DNA of 58,032 nt, from positions 1 through 58,032 of the IMG/VR virus record IMGVR_UViG_3300013947_000006. One strand, written 5' to 3'. The notes under the pieces are model-generated. The model made no database searches. It worked only from the letters and a program-made list of their open reading frames with translations, and was not told the origin of the DNA. The stretch comes from a virus. The position numbers were made by a program, and so were the translations under genes. Below are positions 6,609 through 16,121 of the stretch, piece by piece (position 1 is the stretch's first letter; each line of letters starts with the position of its first letter).

Positions 6609-6924
6609 TATTACTGCTGAAGCATTATCTCAGCTGGTAGTTGCGGTCGGTGCCTTGGCATTTATCGTATCTGTTATCACTGAGGTCGTTAAAAGCATTG
6701 GTGCTATGAAGAAGGTGCCTACTGACATTGTAGTTCTTGCATTGTCTATGGTTCTTACCGTAGTAGCATTTCTTGCTTATGCACAGTATGCATCTATTGC
6801 TATTGTGTGGTACTGGGTTGTAGCGGCTATTATTTGTGGCTTCTTCGTAGCATTCATTGCTATGTATGGTTGGAGCAAGCTCAGCGAGCTTTGGACCCGA
6901 TTTAATCCGAATAACAAAGAGTAA
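6601..6924 (+). CDS. Holin-like membrane protein (107 aa, three TM segments)
   Basis: GAAGGAGG ~9 nt before ATG 6601; three hydrophobic helices; EVVKSIGAMKKVPTDIVVLAL resembles the K/P loop of A118-type holins (by eye). Confidence 0.5.
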   Translation: MISITAEALSQLVVAVGALAFIVSVITEVVKSIGAMKKVPTDIVVLALSMVLTVVAFLAYAQYASIAIVWYWVVAAIICGFFVAFIAMYGWSKLSELWTRFNPNNKE

Positions 6925-6938
6925 GGAGGTAATGGGTC

Positions 6939-8306
6939 ATGAGTATAGACTTGAATGGAATTGACCTGCAACAGCTACAGGGAATTTTAACGCCACGTCT
7001 GACTAAGTACATCCCTTATGACCCTACTCCTAAACAGCGAGCTTTTTTACTTATGAATGATACGAAAGAGATTTTGTATGGTGGAGCAGCAGGTGGAGGT
7101 AAGTCTGTAGCACAGCTTATGGCAGCGTTACAGTATGTAGATATACCAGGCTACTCTGCTATACTTTTTCGTAAGACATATGCTGACTTATCTTTGCCTG
7201 GTGCATTGATAGATATGTCTAAACAATGGCTGATGCCTTTTGTTGAAAGTAAGGAAGTTAAGTGGTCTGAAAAAGAAAAGCAGTACGTTTTTCCTTCAGG
7301 TGCCACACTGAACTTTGGTTATCTTGAGTCAGCTAACGATTGCTATCGTTACCAAGGTGCTGAATTTCAGTATATAGGAATGGATGAGGTTACGCACATA
7401 GACCCTGCTAACTACAGGTATCTATTCTCACGTTTACGTAAGCCAAAGACATTGCAAGTACCTTTAAGGTTTAGAGCCACAGCAAACCCTGGTGGACAGT
7501 TTGGTGAGTACTATTACCAAAGATTTTTTGTTGAGGGTAAAGATGCTGGGCGTATTTTTATAGGTGCAGGTATCGATGATAACCCGTATCTTGATGCTGA
7601 GGCCTACAAAGAGTCACTTGCAGAGTTGGACCCTATAGAACGTGAGCGTCTATTAAACGGTAACTGGGAAATCAAAGCATCTGGTGATATGCTTAATAGG
7701 CATTGGTTTACTATAGTACCTGCGTCTGAAGTTCCTACTGCTGTTAGAAGAGTGCGATACTGGGATATGGCGTCTACAGACCCTAAGAAGCGTAAAGGTA
7801 AGAATAAGCGAGAGCCTGACTGGACAGTTGGTTTTAAGCTTGCACACTACCAGGGTATGTATTGGATTGAAGACATTATACGAGAGCAAAAAATGCCTGG
7901 TGACCTGGAGAAGCTTGTAGGTGAAACAGCGCAGGCAGATGGATATGATGTAGCGATACGTATGGAAGAAGAACCAGGTTCTTCTGGTAAGATTACTACT
8001 GACCATTATGCAAGGCATGTACTGCAAGGATATGACTTTCTTGGGGTATCCTCTACAGGTTCTAAGGTTGAAAGAGCCAGAACAGCATCAGCAGCAGCTC
8101 AAAGAGGTAATGTGCACATTGTACAAGGATGTAGAAACATTCTGCCCTTTCTTGATGAGGCTGATTTATTTCCATATGGAATACATGACGATACAATAGA
8201 TGGTTTCTCTGGTGCATTTAACTACTTCAGGGGAGCCACAGTACCAAGAGCACCTTCAGGAATTAAAAAATCTGGAGGTTCTTACTGGACAAAATTTAGG
8301 AGGTGA
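6939..8306 (+). CDS. terL: Terminase large subunit
   Basis: Walker A GGAAGGGKS, Walker B-like YIGMDEV, C-terminal nuclease acidic motif GIHDDTIDG; 455 aa. Confidence 0.9.
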   Translation: MSIDLNGIDLQQLQGILTPRLTKYIPYDPTPKQRAFLLMNDTKEILYGGAAGGGKSVAQLMAALQYVDIPGYSAILFRKTYADLSLPGALIDMSKQWLMPFVESKEVKWSEKEKQYVFPSGATLNFGYLESANDCYRYQGAEFQYIGMDEVTHIDPANYRYLFSRLRKPKTLQVPLRFRATANPGGQFGEYYYQRFFVEGKDAGRIFIGAGIDDNPYLDAEAYKESLAELDPIERERLLNGNWEIKASGDMLNRHWFTIVPASEVPTAVRRVRYWDMASTDPKKRKGKNKREPDWTVGFKLAHYQGMYWIEDIIREQKMPGDLEKLVGETAQADGYDVAIRMEEEPGSSGKITTDHYARHVLQGYDFLGVSSTGSKVERARTASAAAQRGNVHIVQGCRNILPFLDEADLFPYGIHDDTIDGFSGAFNYFRGATVPRAPSGIKKSGGSYWTKFRR

Positions 8307-8311
8307 TAAGA

Positions 8312-9703
8312 ATGCAAAATGGTAAAAAGCCTGTAAACTTTAAGCAATTAGGTACTACAGGCCTTAGACGATATGGCCCGTACGTTTATGAAGAGTTCAT
8401 ACCAGAGTTACGTTGGCCATATGCAGGTAAAGTTTATCAGGAAATGGCCGATAATGACCCAGTTATTGGTGCTATTCTGTACTTAGCTGAAATGCTTATA
8501 AGGGGAACTACATGGTCAGTAGAGCCTGCTAGTACTTCTGAAGCAGATGTTGAAGCGGCTAATTTCCTTAAAAGTTGCATGGATGATATGGATATGTCCT
8601 GGGCAAACACTATCTCTGAAATTTTGTCTATGCTTACGTATGGTTTCAGCTTTCATGAGATTGTGTACAAAGTTAGGCGAGGGCCCAACGAGACTAGTTC
8701 TAGATACAAGAGTAAGTACTCTGATGGTCGTATCGGATGGAGGCGCTTACCTATACGAGCACAAACGTCTCTTCATGAATGGACATTCAATGACGAAGGT
8801 GACGTTGTAGCTTTTGTGCAGATGGCTGAACCTGACTTTAAGATTGTATCTATACCTATGTCAAAGGGTTTACTATTTAGAACACGCATTAGTAGAGACA
8901 ATCCTGAAGGTAAATCTTTACTGCGTAATGCCTACAGACCTTGGTTCTTCAAAAAGCACTTTGAGGAGATTGAGGGTATCGGTATTGAGCGAGACCTTGC
9001 AGGTTTTCCTGTACTCAAGGCTCCACAAGACATGGACCTTTGGAATGATGAGGATGAAAGAATGGTTGCTCTAAGAAATAGAGCAGAGGAGCTTGTATCA
9101 TCTGTGCGCAGGGACAGTGAAGAGGGTATTTTGCTTCCATACGGATGGGAACTAGACTTGCTTTCGTCAGGTTCGTCTAGACAGATAAATATTGGTGAAA
9201 CTATTGACAGGTATGACAATAGAATTGCTATTACTATGCTTTCAGATATTATCTTAATTGGTAATAATAAGGCAGGTTCTTTCGCTTTGGCAGATACTAA
9301 GCAATCTATGCTCGCGGCTGCTCTACAAGCACAGCTGCAGAATATTGCTGATGTATTTAATAACAAGGCTGTTCCGGATTTGTTTAACTACAATTATTTT
9401 CCGAACATTACAGACTTCCCTAAGATTGTACCTGGCCAAATACAGACTCCGTCTCTTAAGGAACTTGCACTTGTACTTCGTGCTATGGGTCTTAATATAG
9501 CAGGAGACATGAAGTTACAAAACTATCTGCGTCACATTCTCGGCATGCCAGACCTTGACCAAGAAACGTTTGAAAGCGTCTATCAGGGTCAAACAAGTGC
9601 TAAAAATAATAACGCTGATAATGATACGGATAATTTGGATGATACTGCGGAGAACGACTTTGAACAGAATGATTTAAGCTACACAGGAAGTGGAGGTGAA
9701 TGA
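8312..9703 (+). CDS. Portal protein
   Basis: 463 aa immediately after terL and before the prohead protease; TAGGAGG 8 nt before ATG 8312; acidic C-terminal tail. Confidence 0.8.
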   Translation: MQNGKKPVNFKQLGTTGLRRYGPYVYEEFIPELRWPYAGKVYQEMADNDPVIGAILYLAEMLIRGTTWSVEPASTSEADVEAANFLKSCMDDMDMSWANTISEILSMLTYGFSFHEIVYKVRRGPNETSSRYKSKYSDGRIGWRRLPIRAQTSLHEWTFNDEGDVVAFVQMAEPDFKIVSIPMSKGLLFRTRISRDNPEGKSLLRNAYRPWFFKKHFEEIEGIGIERDLAGFPVLKAPQDMDLWNDEDERMVALRNRAEELVSSVRRDSEEGILLPYGWELDLLSSGSSRQINIGETIDRYDNRIAITMLSDIILIGNNKAGSFALADTKQSMLAAALQAQLQNIADVFNNKAVPDLFNYNYFPNITDFPKIVPGQIQTPSLKELALVLRAMGLNIAGDMKLQNYLRHILGMPDLDQETFESVYQGQTSAKNNNADNDTDNLDDTAENDFEQNDLSYTGSGGE

Positions 9704-9704
9704 T

Positions 9705-10238
9705 ATGGGAGTAGTTGTAACTAATCAATCAATCAACAGTTCTAAAGACATCAGTGTCTATCGTGAAGATGGCACTGTGCAACGCATTTCTCATTGTGAA
9801 AGTGTGTATATTACAGAGGAGGCTCCAGTGCATGACCAGTGTTGTGTAGATGTACTGTTCGATATTACCAAATCTAACAGTGATGAAGGTTTGGTAAGTG
9901 GTTGGGCTAATGTAGCTGTAAATGCTGATGGTTCTTTACCGTTAGATTGGCAAGGAGATGTCATTAGACCTGAGGTACTTGAGAAAGCTGCTATTCAATT
10001 TATGATGGACTACAGGGGCAGCGGCGTAATGCATGAAGGCGAAGCTAAGGGTACAGTTGTAGAGTCAATTGTATTTACTAAGGAGAAGCAGGCATGCATC
10101 GGTATTCCAGAAGGTACTGTACCTGAAGGATGGTTCATCACAGTTAAAGTAACCGACCCTGAAGTATTCGCTAAAGTCAAGGATGGTACATTCAAAATGT
10201 TTTCTATCCAAGGCAATGCAAAACGAGTTAAGCTTTAG
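9705..10238 (+). CDS. Prohead protease (XkdF/HK97-like, putative)
   Basis: 177 aa between portal and scaffold; GGAGGTG 5 nt before ATG 9705; GWANVAVNADG...GDVI and FKMFSIQG blocks. Confidence 0.6.
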   Translation: MGVVVTNQSINSSKDISVYREDGTVQRISHCESVYITEEAPVHDQCCVDVLFDITKSNSDEGLVSGWANVAVNADGSLPLDWQGDVIRPEVLEKAAIQFMMDYRGSGVMHEGEAKGTVVESIVFTKEKQACIGIPEGTVPEGWFITVKVTDPEVFAKVKDGTFKMFSIQGNAKRVKL

Positions 10239-10253
10239 TGTTATACAATCGGG

Positions 10254-10284
10254 CCAAACGACGTATAATATAAATAGGGGGTGT
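10254..10284 (+). promoter_or_regulatory. Late-type promoter/leader box 2 (upstream of scaffold)
   Basis: GCCAAACGACGTATAATATAAATAGGGGGTG; -10 at 10265-10270; -35 position TTATAC. Confidence 0.55.
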
Positions 10285-10289
10285 GACTT

Positions 10290-11156
10290 ATGCCATACTT
10301 ACTTGAGGACTTGGTTGTTGACCGAGTCGACTTAGTTGATGAAGGAGCCAACTCGGCAGCTTTCATAGAACTTTATAAAAGAAAGGAGAAAAGTGCAATC
10401 ATGGATATTAAGGAAATCCTTAGTAAAATGAAGCCGGAGCATTCTGCGGTTATTCAGGCAGAGCTTGACAAACTGTCAGGTGATGTAACGAAGGCCAAAG
10501 AAGATTTGGCAACAGTAACCACTGAGCGCGATACTGCTACGCAGGACCTTGAGAAGGCTAAGGAAGATTTGAAGGCGGCAAATGAGGACAAGGAAAAAGC
10601 CGAGTCTGAACTTGAAACGCTTAAATCTCAGCAGTCTGATGTGTGTACTTGCGACGGTGAAGAGGACGAAGATGGTAAGTGCAAGTCTTGTGGCAAGCCT
10701 AAGAAAAAGGCTGCATTTGACGAAGAGGAAACTCTGAAGAGTATGCCTGCTGCAGCACGCGCAATGTTCGTTAAGATGCGTACTCAGAAAGAAGCAGCTG
10801 AAGAGGAAGTGCGTAAAGCTAAAGATGCTGAGAAGCAGGCCGAGGCAGTTGCAAAGGCTGCAGAACTTAAAGCATTGCCTATCGAGTCTGAAAAGCTCGT
10901 TGGTGTACTTAAGAACTGTAGTGCTGATATGGTAGATGTACTTACAACTATCAATGCAGCAATTGAAGGAACTGTTCTTGATGAAGTCGGCAAGAGCAAT
11001 GCTGGTAGCAAGGGTGCAGATGCTTGGTCTAAGATTGAGGCCAAGGCAGATGAGATTGCTAAACGTGACAGTGTCACTAAGCAGAAGGCTGTGTCTATTG
11101 CCATCAAGGAAAATCCTGAACTTTACAAAGAGTATTTACAGGGAGGTGCAAACTAA
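10290..11156 (+). CDS. Scaffolding protein
   Basis: 288 aa, A/E/K-rich coiled coil, between protease and capsid genes. Confidence 0.75.
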   Translation: MPYLLEDLVVDRVDLVDEGANSAAFIELYKRKEKSAIMDIKEILSKMKPEHSAVIQAELDKLSGDVTKAKEDLATVTTERDTATQDLEKAKEDLKAANEDKEKAESELETLKSQQSDVCTCDGEEDEDGKCKSCGKPKKKAAFDEEETLKSMPAAARAMFVKMRTQKEAAEEEVRKAKDAEKQAEAVAKAAELKALPIESEKLVGVLKNCSADMVDVLTTINAAIEGTVLDEVGKSNAGSKGADAWSKIEAKADEIAKRDSVTKQKAVSIAIKENPELYKEYLQGGAN

Positions 11157-11491
11157 TGAACGCATATGAAATTCCTAGTCTTCGTTTCAGCTTGCCGGCA
11201 GGTGATGCTGTAGAGAGACATCGTTTCGTTGCTGTTGATGCTAACAGCAATGGCATTCAGGCTGTTGCAGACTCTAACATTATCGGTGCGTCTATGAACA
11301 AGACCTCTGCTGGTCAGGTTCTGGAAATTGCAGACGGTATTGTGATGGTTGAAGCAGCTAAGGCCGTTACCGCAGGTAAGATTGCTTACGCTGACGCTGA
11401 TGGCAAAGTAACTGATGCTGGCACTGTAGTTGCTGGTATTGTAATCACTTCCGCTGTTGCAGGTGGCCTTGCAGCAGTCAAGATTAACTAA
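11156..11491 (+). CDS. Head decoration protein (DUF2190-like, putative)
   Basis: 111 aa G/A/V-rich protein directly upstream of the capsid gene; ATGA-type overlap with scaffold stop. Confidence 0.6.
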   Translation: MNAYEIPSLRFSLPAGDAVERHRFVAVDANSNGIQAVADSNIIGASMNKTSAGQVLEIADGIVMVEAAKAVTAGKIAYADADGKVTDAGTVVAGIVITSAVAGGLAAVKIN

Positions 11492-11511
11492 TTGAAAGGA
11501 GATGCAAAATA

Positions 11512-12489
11512 ATGCCTACTATGCAGAACGCTCATATTGATAGAGCATTAACCAATACGTCCGTTGCTTATATGCAGGATGCGTCTGCTTTCATTGCAGA
11601 CAAAGTTTTCCCGATTGTCCCTGTTAAGAGACAGTCAGATGTTTTCTACATCTACAACAAAGGTGACTTCATGCGTGATGAAGCCCAGGTGCGTGGTGCA
11701 GCAAGTGAGTCTGCCGGCGGCGATTACGGTGTTGAAGCAAGCGACCCGTACTACTGCCGTAAGCATGCATTCCATAAGGATGTTACTCCTGAGGAGCGTG
11801 CAAACTATGACGAACCGCTTGATGCTGACACTGACGCAACTGATTTCGTATCTCAGAAGATGCTTATCCGTCGTGAGATGGAATGGGCTACTAAGTTCTT
11901 TAAGGCTGGTGTCTGGGGTCGTGAGATTTCCGGTGTAGATGCTACTCCGTCTACTAATCAGGCTATCAAGTGGAATAAGGACACATCTAATCCTATTAAG
12001 GACATTACTGAGGCAGGTGTTCAGATGGCATCTGAGACTGGCTACAAGCCTAACACTCTCGTGCTTTCTCCATTTGCTTTCAATGCCCTTAAGAACCACT
12101 TCGATATTCTTGACCGTATCAAGTATACTCAGAAGGGTATTGTCACAGCAGACTTGCTCGCTACTCTATTTGAAGTTGAGCATGTATATGTTGCTTGGTC
12201 TGTAGTTAACTCTGCAGCTAAGGGTGCAGCAGACAATGTTGGCTTCATCATGGGTAAACATGCATTGCTGTGTTATAGCAATCCTCGTCCGGCTCTTAAG
12301 AAGCCTTCCGCAGGCTATATCTTTGCATGGACCGGCCTTGAGGGTTCTGGTGCGTATGGTAACCGTATCGTTAGACTGCCTATGGATATGCTCGGCCTTG
12401 GCACTGAACGTATTGAAGGTGAGATTGCCTTTGACGCAAAGAAAATCTGTGCAGACCTCGGTACGTTCTTCAAGGACATCGTTGACTAA
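11512..12489 (+). CDS. Major capsid protein
   Basis: 325 aa following scaffold and decoration genes; strong GGAGA RBS; order portal-protease-scaffold-capsid. Confidence 0.8.
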   Translation: MPTMQNAHIDRALTNTSVAYMQDASAFIADKVFPIVPVKRQSDVFYIYNKGDFMRDEAQVRGAASESAGGDYGVEASDPYYCRKHAFHKDVTPEERANYDEPLDADTDATDFVSQKMLIRREMEWATKFFKAGVWGREISGVDATPSTNQAIKWNKDTSNPIKDITEAGVQMASETGYKPNTLVLSPFAFNALKNHFDILDRIKYTQKGIVTADLLATLFEVEHVYVAWSVVNSAAKGAADNVGFIMGKHALLCYSNPRPALKKPSAGYIFAWTGLEGSGAYGNRIVRLPMDMLGLGTERIEGEIAFDAKKICADLGTFFKDIVD

Positions 12490-12797
12490 TGTTTGTAGTT
12501 AAGCGTGCTTTTAGAGATGCTTCAGGTATGGTACCTGCCGGTTCTATCGTTGAGCCGGCAGGCATTAAAAGATTCAGGCATAGACTCTTAGAGGGTCACA
12601 TTGTTGAAGTTAACGAGCATAACTTTGATAAGTATGCTGATTTCTTTAAACAGAGATACGGCATTGACCTTCCACCGCTTAAACAGCCCGTAGCTGAACA
12701 GAAGACGGCTGAGCAGCCTAAAGTAACCACTCCAGCCACTCCGGTGGCAGCTAAGCCTACTGAGGTAAAGAAAGTAGTTGCTGCAGTAACTAAGTAG
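12489..12797 (+). CDS. Hypothetical head-associated protein (102 aa, P/A/K-rich tail)
   Basis: Translationally coupled (TAATG) to the capsid gene. Confidence 0.6.
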   Translation: MFVVKRAFRDASGMVPAGSIVEPAGIKRFRHRLLEGHIVEVNEHNFDKYADFFKQRYGIDLPPLKQPVAEQKTAEQPKVTTPATPVAAKPTEVKKVVAAVTK

Positions 12798-12808
12798 GAG
12801 GTGATTTG

Positions 12809-13204
12809 ATGTCTTGGACATATTCTGGAAATCCTGCTAACAGTCAGGTTGATGAGTGTAGATTCTTAATCGGAGATACCAACGAGTCTGAGCCTATTAT
12901 GCAGGACGAAGAAATTCAGTACATCATTGATACCTATGGTCCTAATAAGAACCAGGTATTATACCAACTGTTTAGCAGAGCTGCAACAATCTTTGCAAGG
13001 GACATTAAGAGAAGTCTTGGTCCACAATCGGAAGACCCTACAGAAAGACTTAAGTACTTTAAGGAACAGGCGGATAACTACAAAGCTAAGTGTACATCCG
13101 CTGGACTATCGCTTCCTAAGTATGCATACCCTAAGGTATTCAGAAAAGGAATGCAGAATAATCCTCCTTATCCATCTCCTAGAGGGGGTGACTACCGTGT
13201 ATAA
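12809..13204 (+). CDS. Head-tail connector protein (positional)
   Basis: AGGAGG 7 nt before ATG 12809; 131 aa in the head-tail joining block. Confidence 0.55.
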   Translation: MSWTYSGNPANSQVDECRFLIGDTNESEPIMQDEEIQYIIDTYGPNKNQVLYQLFSRAATIFARDIKRSLGPQSEDPTERLKYFKEQADNYKAKCTSAGLSLPKYAYPKVFRKGMQNNPPYPSPRGGDYRV

Positions 13205-13505
13205 GAGTCTTAAAGCATGGATGAACCTTCCAGTACAAATAAAGCCGTTTATCAGGCGAAGCGGCACAGGTACAAAGCTGTACGGGGACCCTGTCAACGA
13301 ACAGTGTTATGCTGAAGGTAAGGTAACGACAGTAACTGATAACACAGGTACTGAAGTTGTTTCTAACAAGCAGCTTTATGTAGATGGTTCAGTAGCCGTT
13401 TCTGAACTCGACTGCATAATTTTTGAAGGCTCTGAAAAGAGCATCAAAAGTATCGGAACATTCTATAGGAATGGTAAGCCTGACATCAAGGTGGTGTATC
13501 TGTAA
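13197..13505 (+). CDS. Head-tail adaptor/head-closure protein (positional)
   Basis: GTG 13197 lies 8 nt after AGAGGGGG. The upstream part of ORF 12927..13505 overlaps the previous gene out of frame, so the start was moved. Confidence 0.5.
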   Translation: MYKSLKAWMNLPVQIKPFIRRSGTGTKLYGDPVNEQCYAEGKVTTVTDNTGTEVVSNKQLYVDGSVAVSELDCIIFEGSEKSIKSIGTFYRNGKPDIKVVYL

Positions 13506-13963
13506 TGAAAGGTACATTTAGCTTTGATTTTGACAAAAGTAGCCTAAACCACTTCGAAGCGCAGTGTGAGGCTGCTATTAGAAACTTAGGTAAAGGTACT
13601 AAGAAAGCTACAACAGCTGCTTGTGAAGAAATTCTTGGTAACAGTATGGCTGAAGTACCGAAAGATACCTACACCTTACTTATGAGTGCATTCTATGAAG
13701 TGTCTAGACGTACAGATACATCTGCATCGACTTGGGCATACGAAGCAATTGTAGGTTATGGTGGAAACGGAGACCCTGTCAATCCAAAGACAGGTCGCAG
13801 GGCTTCATCTTACATGGTGAAGGTGCATGAAGACTTATCAGTTTATCATCCTACTGGTAAGGCTAAGTTCTTGGAAGACCCTGTGCGAGAATATGCCAAA
13901 GAGAACTTTCCTAGAACCGTATTTACATACGCTCAAGAGTCTTTGGCAGGTATGAGTGATTAA
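13505..13963 (+). CDS. Head-tail joining protein (HK97 gp10-like position)
   Basis: 152 aa, TAATG coupling to the previous gene. Confidence 0.5.
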   Translation: MKGTFSFDFDKSSLNHFEAQCEAAIRNLGKGTKKATTAACEEILGNSMAEVPKDTYTLLMSAFYEVSRRTDTSASTWAYEAIVGYGGNGDPVNPKTGRRASSYMVKVHEDLSVYHPTGKAKFLEDPVREYAKENFPRTVFTYAQESLAGMSD

Positions 13964-13978
13964 GAGAGGAGGCGCATT

Positions 13979-14371
13979 ATGGCAAATCCATTACTATTAG
14001 ACATCGTGACGTTCCTTGCGGACAACAAGATTGTTCAAGGTGATGGTGTAGATGCCTTTAGAGACTTTACACCAGAAGCGCCTGACTCCCTAGTAGCTCT
14101 ACATGAGTACAAGGGTGACCCGGCAGTATTCTATGACCCAAATGTTAATAGGTCTGTACAGGTTACTGTTCGAGATAAGGATGCCGATGTTGCAAGGCAG
14201 AAAGCTTTGGATATTTATAAATTGCTTACGTCAGATAATCTGATTGTGCAGTTTACTCCAGACCGATGGGGGCAAGTTCATCTTAGACAGCCACCGTTCA
14301 AAATTGGTCAGGACAACAATGATAGAGTGACGTATGGCTTCAATATTGGAGTAACAACAACTATTGAATAG
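13979..14371 (+). CDS. Tail completion/terminator protein (positional)
   Basis: 130 aa immediately upstream of the major tail gene; GAGGAGG RBS. Confidence 0.5.
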   Translation: MANPLLLDIVTFLADNKIVQGDGVDAFRDFTPEAPDSLVALHEYKGDPAVFYDPNVNRSVQVTVRDKDADVARQKALDIYKLLTSDNLIVQFTPDRWGQVHLRQPPFKIGQDNNDRVTYGFNIGVTTTIE

Positions 14372-14383
14372 GAGGAATGAAAC

Positions 14384-14977
14384 ATGGCTACAAGAATTGG
14401 TTGCGATAATCTTGTGTATGCTCTTCAGACTACAGAAGATACCGCTAAGACTGCTCCTGTGTATGACAAACCTAAGTCAGCACCTGGTGTAATGTCTGTT
14501 AACATTAACCCGAATGCTTCACAGGAAACCTTGTTTGCTGACGATGGTCCTATGGAGACTGCTACAACGCTTGGTAAGATTGAAGTGGAAATTAAGAAAA
14601 ACGAGCTTACCACAGAAAATAAAGCAGACCTTCTTGGTCATACCATTGACGGTGACGGTGGCCTTGTGTATGGCGACTCTGACGTTCCGCCTTTTGTTGC
14701 TATTGGCTTCAGGTCTCTGAAGTCTAATGGTAACTATCGCTACGTCTGGCTGTACAAAGGAAAGTTCACTGACCCTGAGGACCAGAATGAAACTAAGGGC
14801 GACAGCATTAACTTCCAGGCTGATACTATCAAAGGTCAGTTCGTTAAGCTGAATTACCCAGTTACTGTTGGCAGTAAGAAAGTTCGTATGTGGAAGTATG
14901 AACTTGACGGTGATAGCTCTGGAGCAAGCGAAGCTGCTATGTCTTCTTGGTTTGATGCTGTTAAGATGCCGAGTTAA
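14384..14977 (+). CDS. Major tail (tube) protein
   Basis: 197 aa upstream of chaperone G/GT and tape measure; no sheath gene present. Confidence 0.75.
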   Translation: MATRIGCDNLVYALQTTEDTAKTAPVYDKPKSAPGVMSVNINPNASQETLFADDGPMETATTLGKIEVEIKKNELTTENKADLLGHTIDGDGGLVYGDSDVPPFVAIGFRSLKSNGNYRYVWLYKGKFTDPEDQNETKGDSINFQADTIKGQFVKLNYPVTVGSKKVRMWKYELDGDSSGASEAAMSSWFDAVKMPS

Positions 14978-14990
14978 GGAGGAATAACGA

Positions 14991-15464
14991 ATGAGTGCAT
15001 TAAACATTACCACTGATGCTTCTGGCAAAGTTGTAAAGGTTATGATAGATGACAAAGTTATCGAGAACGTATCAGACGTTTCCCAGAACCTTTCTCGAGG
15101 AGCATTGGTAGCTACTATCAAAGTTAGCTTTGATAGCATTACAGTTGCTGAACAGGCTGGAGAGCCTGCTCCAGCTCTTACGGTTGCATTTAGTGCAGGT
15201 TCTGTTACAGGAGCTACTAAAGCTACTATCACTGGCGAGGCTGGTGTAGGCAACCACTTTGCATATGCAGTAGCAGACAGCAGGCAGGAAACACCTAATG
15301 TAGGTGCTGTTGTTTCGGGTGCTACTACTTATGTGTCTGGTAACAATATTACAGGCGTTACAGCCGGTAAGAACGTGGCAGTGTATGAACTGACTTCTGC
15401 AAATGAAGTCGTTAAGTTCACAGCTCACACTCTTGTTGAGGGTGAGATTAAAGCTGCTGAGTAA
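14991..15464 (+). CDS. Ig-like domain virion protein (putative)
   Basis: 157 aa beta-rich T/V/G/A sequence between tube and chaperone genes. Confidence 0.4.
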   Translation: MSALNITTDASGKVVKVMIDDKVIENVSDVSQNLSRGALVATIKVSFDSITVAEQAGEPAPALTVAFSAGSVTGATKATITGEAGVGNHFAYAVADSRQETPNVGAVVSGATTYVSGNNITGVTAGKNVAVYELTSANEVVKFTAHTLVEGEIKAAE

Positions 15465-15495
15465 ATAATTCCGTTAAATGATTGGAGGTATCCTA

Positions 15496-15864
15496 ATGGC
15501 TAACGTAAAAGATGTAAAATCTAAAGCTGTTAAGATTACCCTTACAGACGGCGTTGAGCGTACGATTAAGTTTACGCTCAATGCTATGGCTGAACTTGAG
15601 GACCGATACGGTTCTGTTGAAGAAGCTTTTAAGCAGCTTGACAACAACAGTATCAAAGCCGTTCGTTGCATCCTCTGGGCAGGTCTTATTCATGAAGACC
15701 CTGACCTTACAGAACAGCAAGTCGGTAATCTTATTGATATTCAGTATATGCAGGAACTTATGGCGTCTCTTGGTGATGCATTTGATGCAGACATGCCTGA
15801 GGCTGAGAAGCTCCCTGAAAATACAGAGCCTAAGCTGGACGGTGCACAGGACCCAAACGCCTAA
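15496..15864 (+). CDS. Tail assembly chaperone G
   Basis: TTGGAGG 7 nt before ATG 15496; directly upstream of tape measure; ends just after a slippery heptamer. Confidence 0.8.
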   Translation: MANVKDVKSKAVKITLTDGVERTIKFTLNAMAELEDRYGSVEEAFKQLDNNSIKAVRCILWAGLIHEDPDLTEQQVGNLIDIQYMQELMASLGDAFDADMPEAEKLPENTEPKLDGAQDPNA

Positions 15865-16106
15865 ATCCCAGCGATAAAAATGGGGCCAATCCGTTCAGTT
15901 CCGATGACTGGGATTGGCCCTATATTTTATATGTTGGGAGAGTTTGGCTACACTATACTGACGAAGAAATAATGAGCATGACGCCTAGAAAATTTAAGTC
16001 GCAGCTAGACGTTCATCATGATGTGCAGCAAAGGCTGCATGGTGGAAAATTACAAGGAAATTCTACTGACCACGTTGGTTATATAGACCAAATTCCAGGT
16101 TGGTAA
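15496..16106 (+). CDS. Tail assembly chaperone G-T fusion (via -1 frameshift at 15852-15858)
   Basis: Hand-translated -1 frame: ...RLNPSDKNGANPFSSDDWDWPYILYVGRVWLHYTDEEIMSMTPRKFKSQLDVHH...IPGW, no stops; ends 16 nt before the tape measure start. Confidence 0.7.
15852..15858 (+). other. -1 programmed ribosomal frameshift slippery site C CCA AAC
   Basis: X XXY YYZ heptamer in the G frame, 4 nt before the G stop. The -1 frame opens at 15834 and stays open to 16106. Confidence 0.75.
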
Positions 16107-16121
16107 TAAGGAGGTGTTACA

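Noticed and set aside
14519-15253. 244-aa minus-strand ORF spanning the major tail and Ig-like genes
   Set aside because: It is antisense to two RBS-supported, translationally coupled plus-strand genes, with low-complexity S/T/A/V composition.
15554-15877. ORF 15554..15877 as the frameshift partner of the tail chaperone
   Set aside because: It is in the +1 frame and ends right after G. The open frame that actually reaches the tape measure gene is the -1 frame entered at CCCAAAC.
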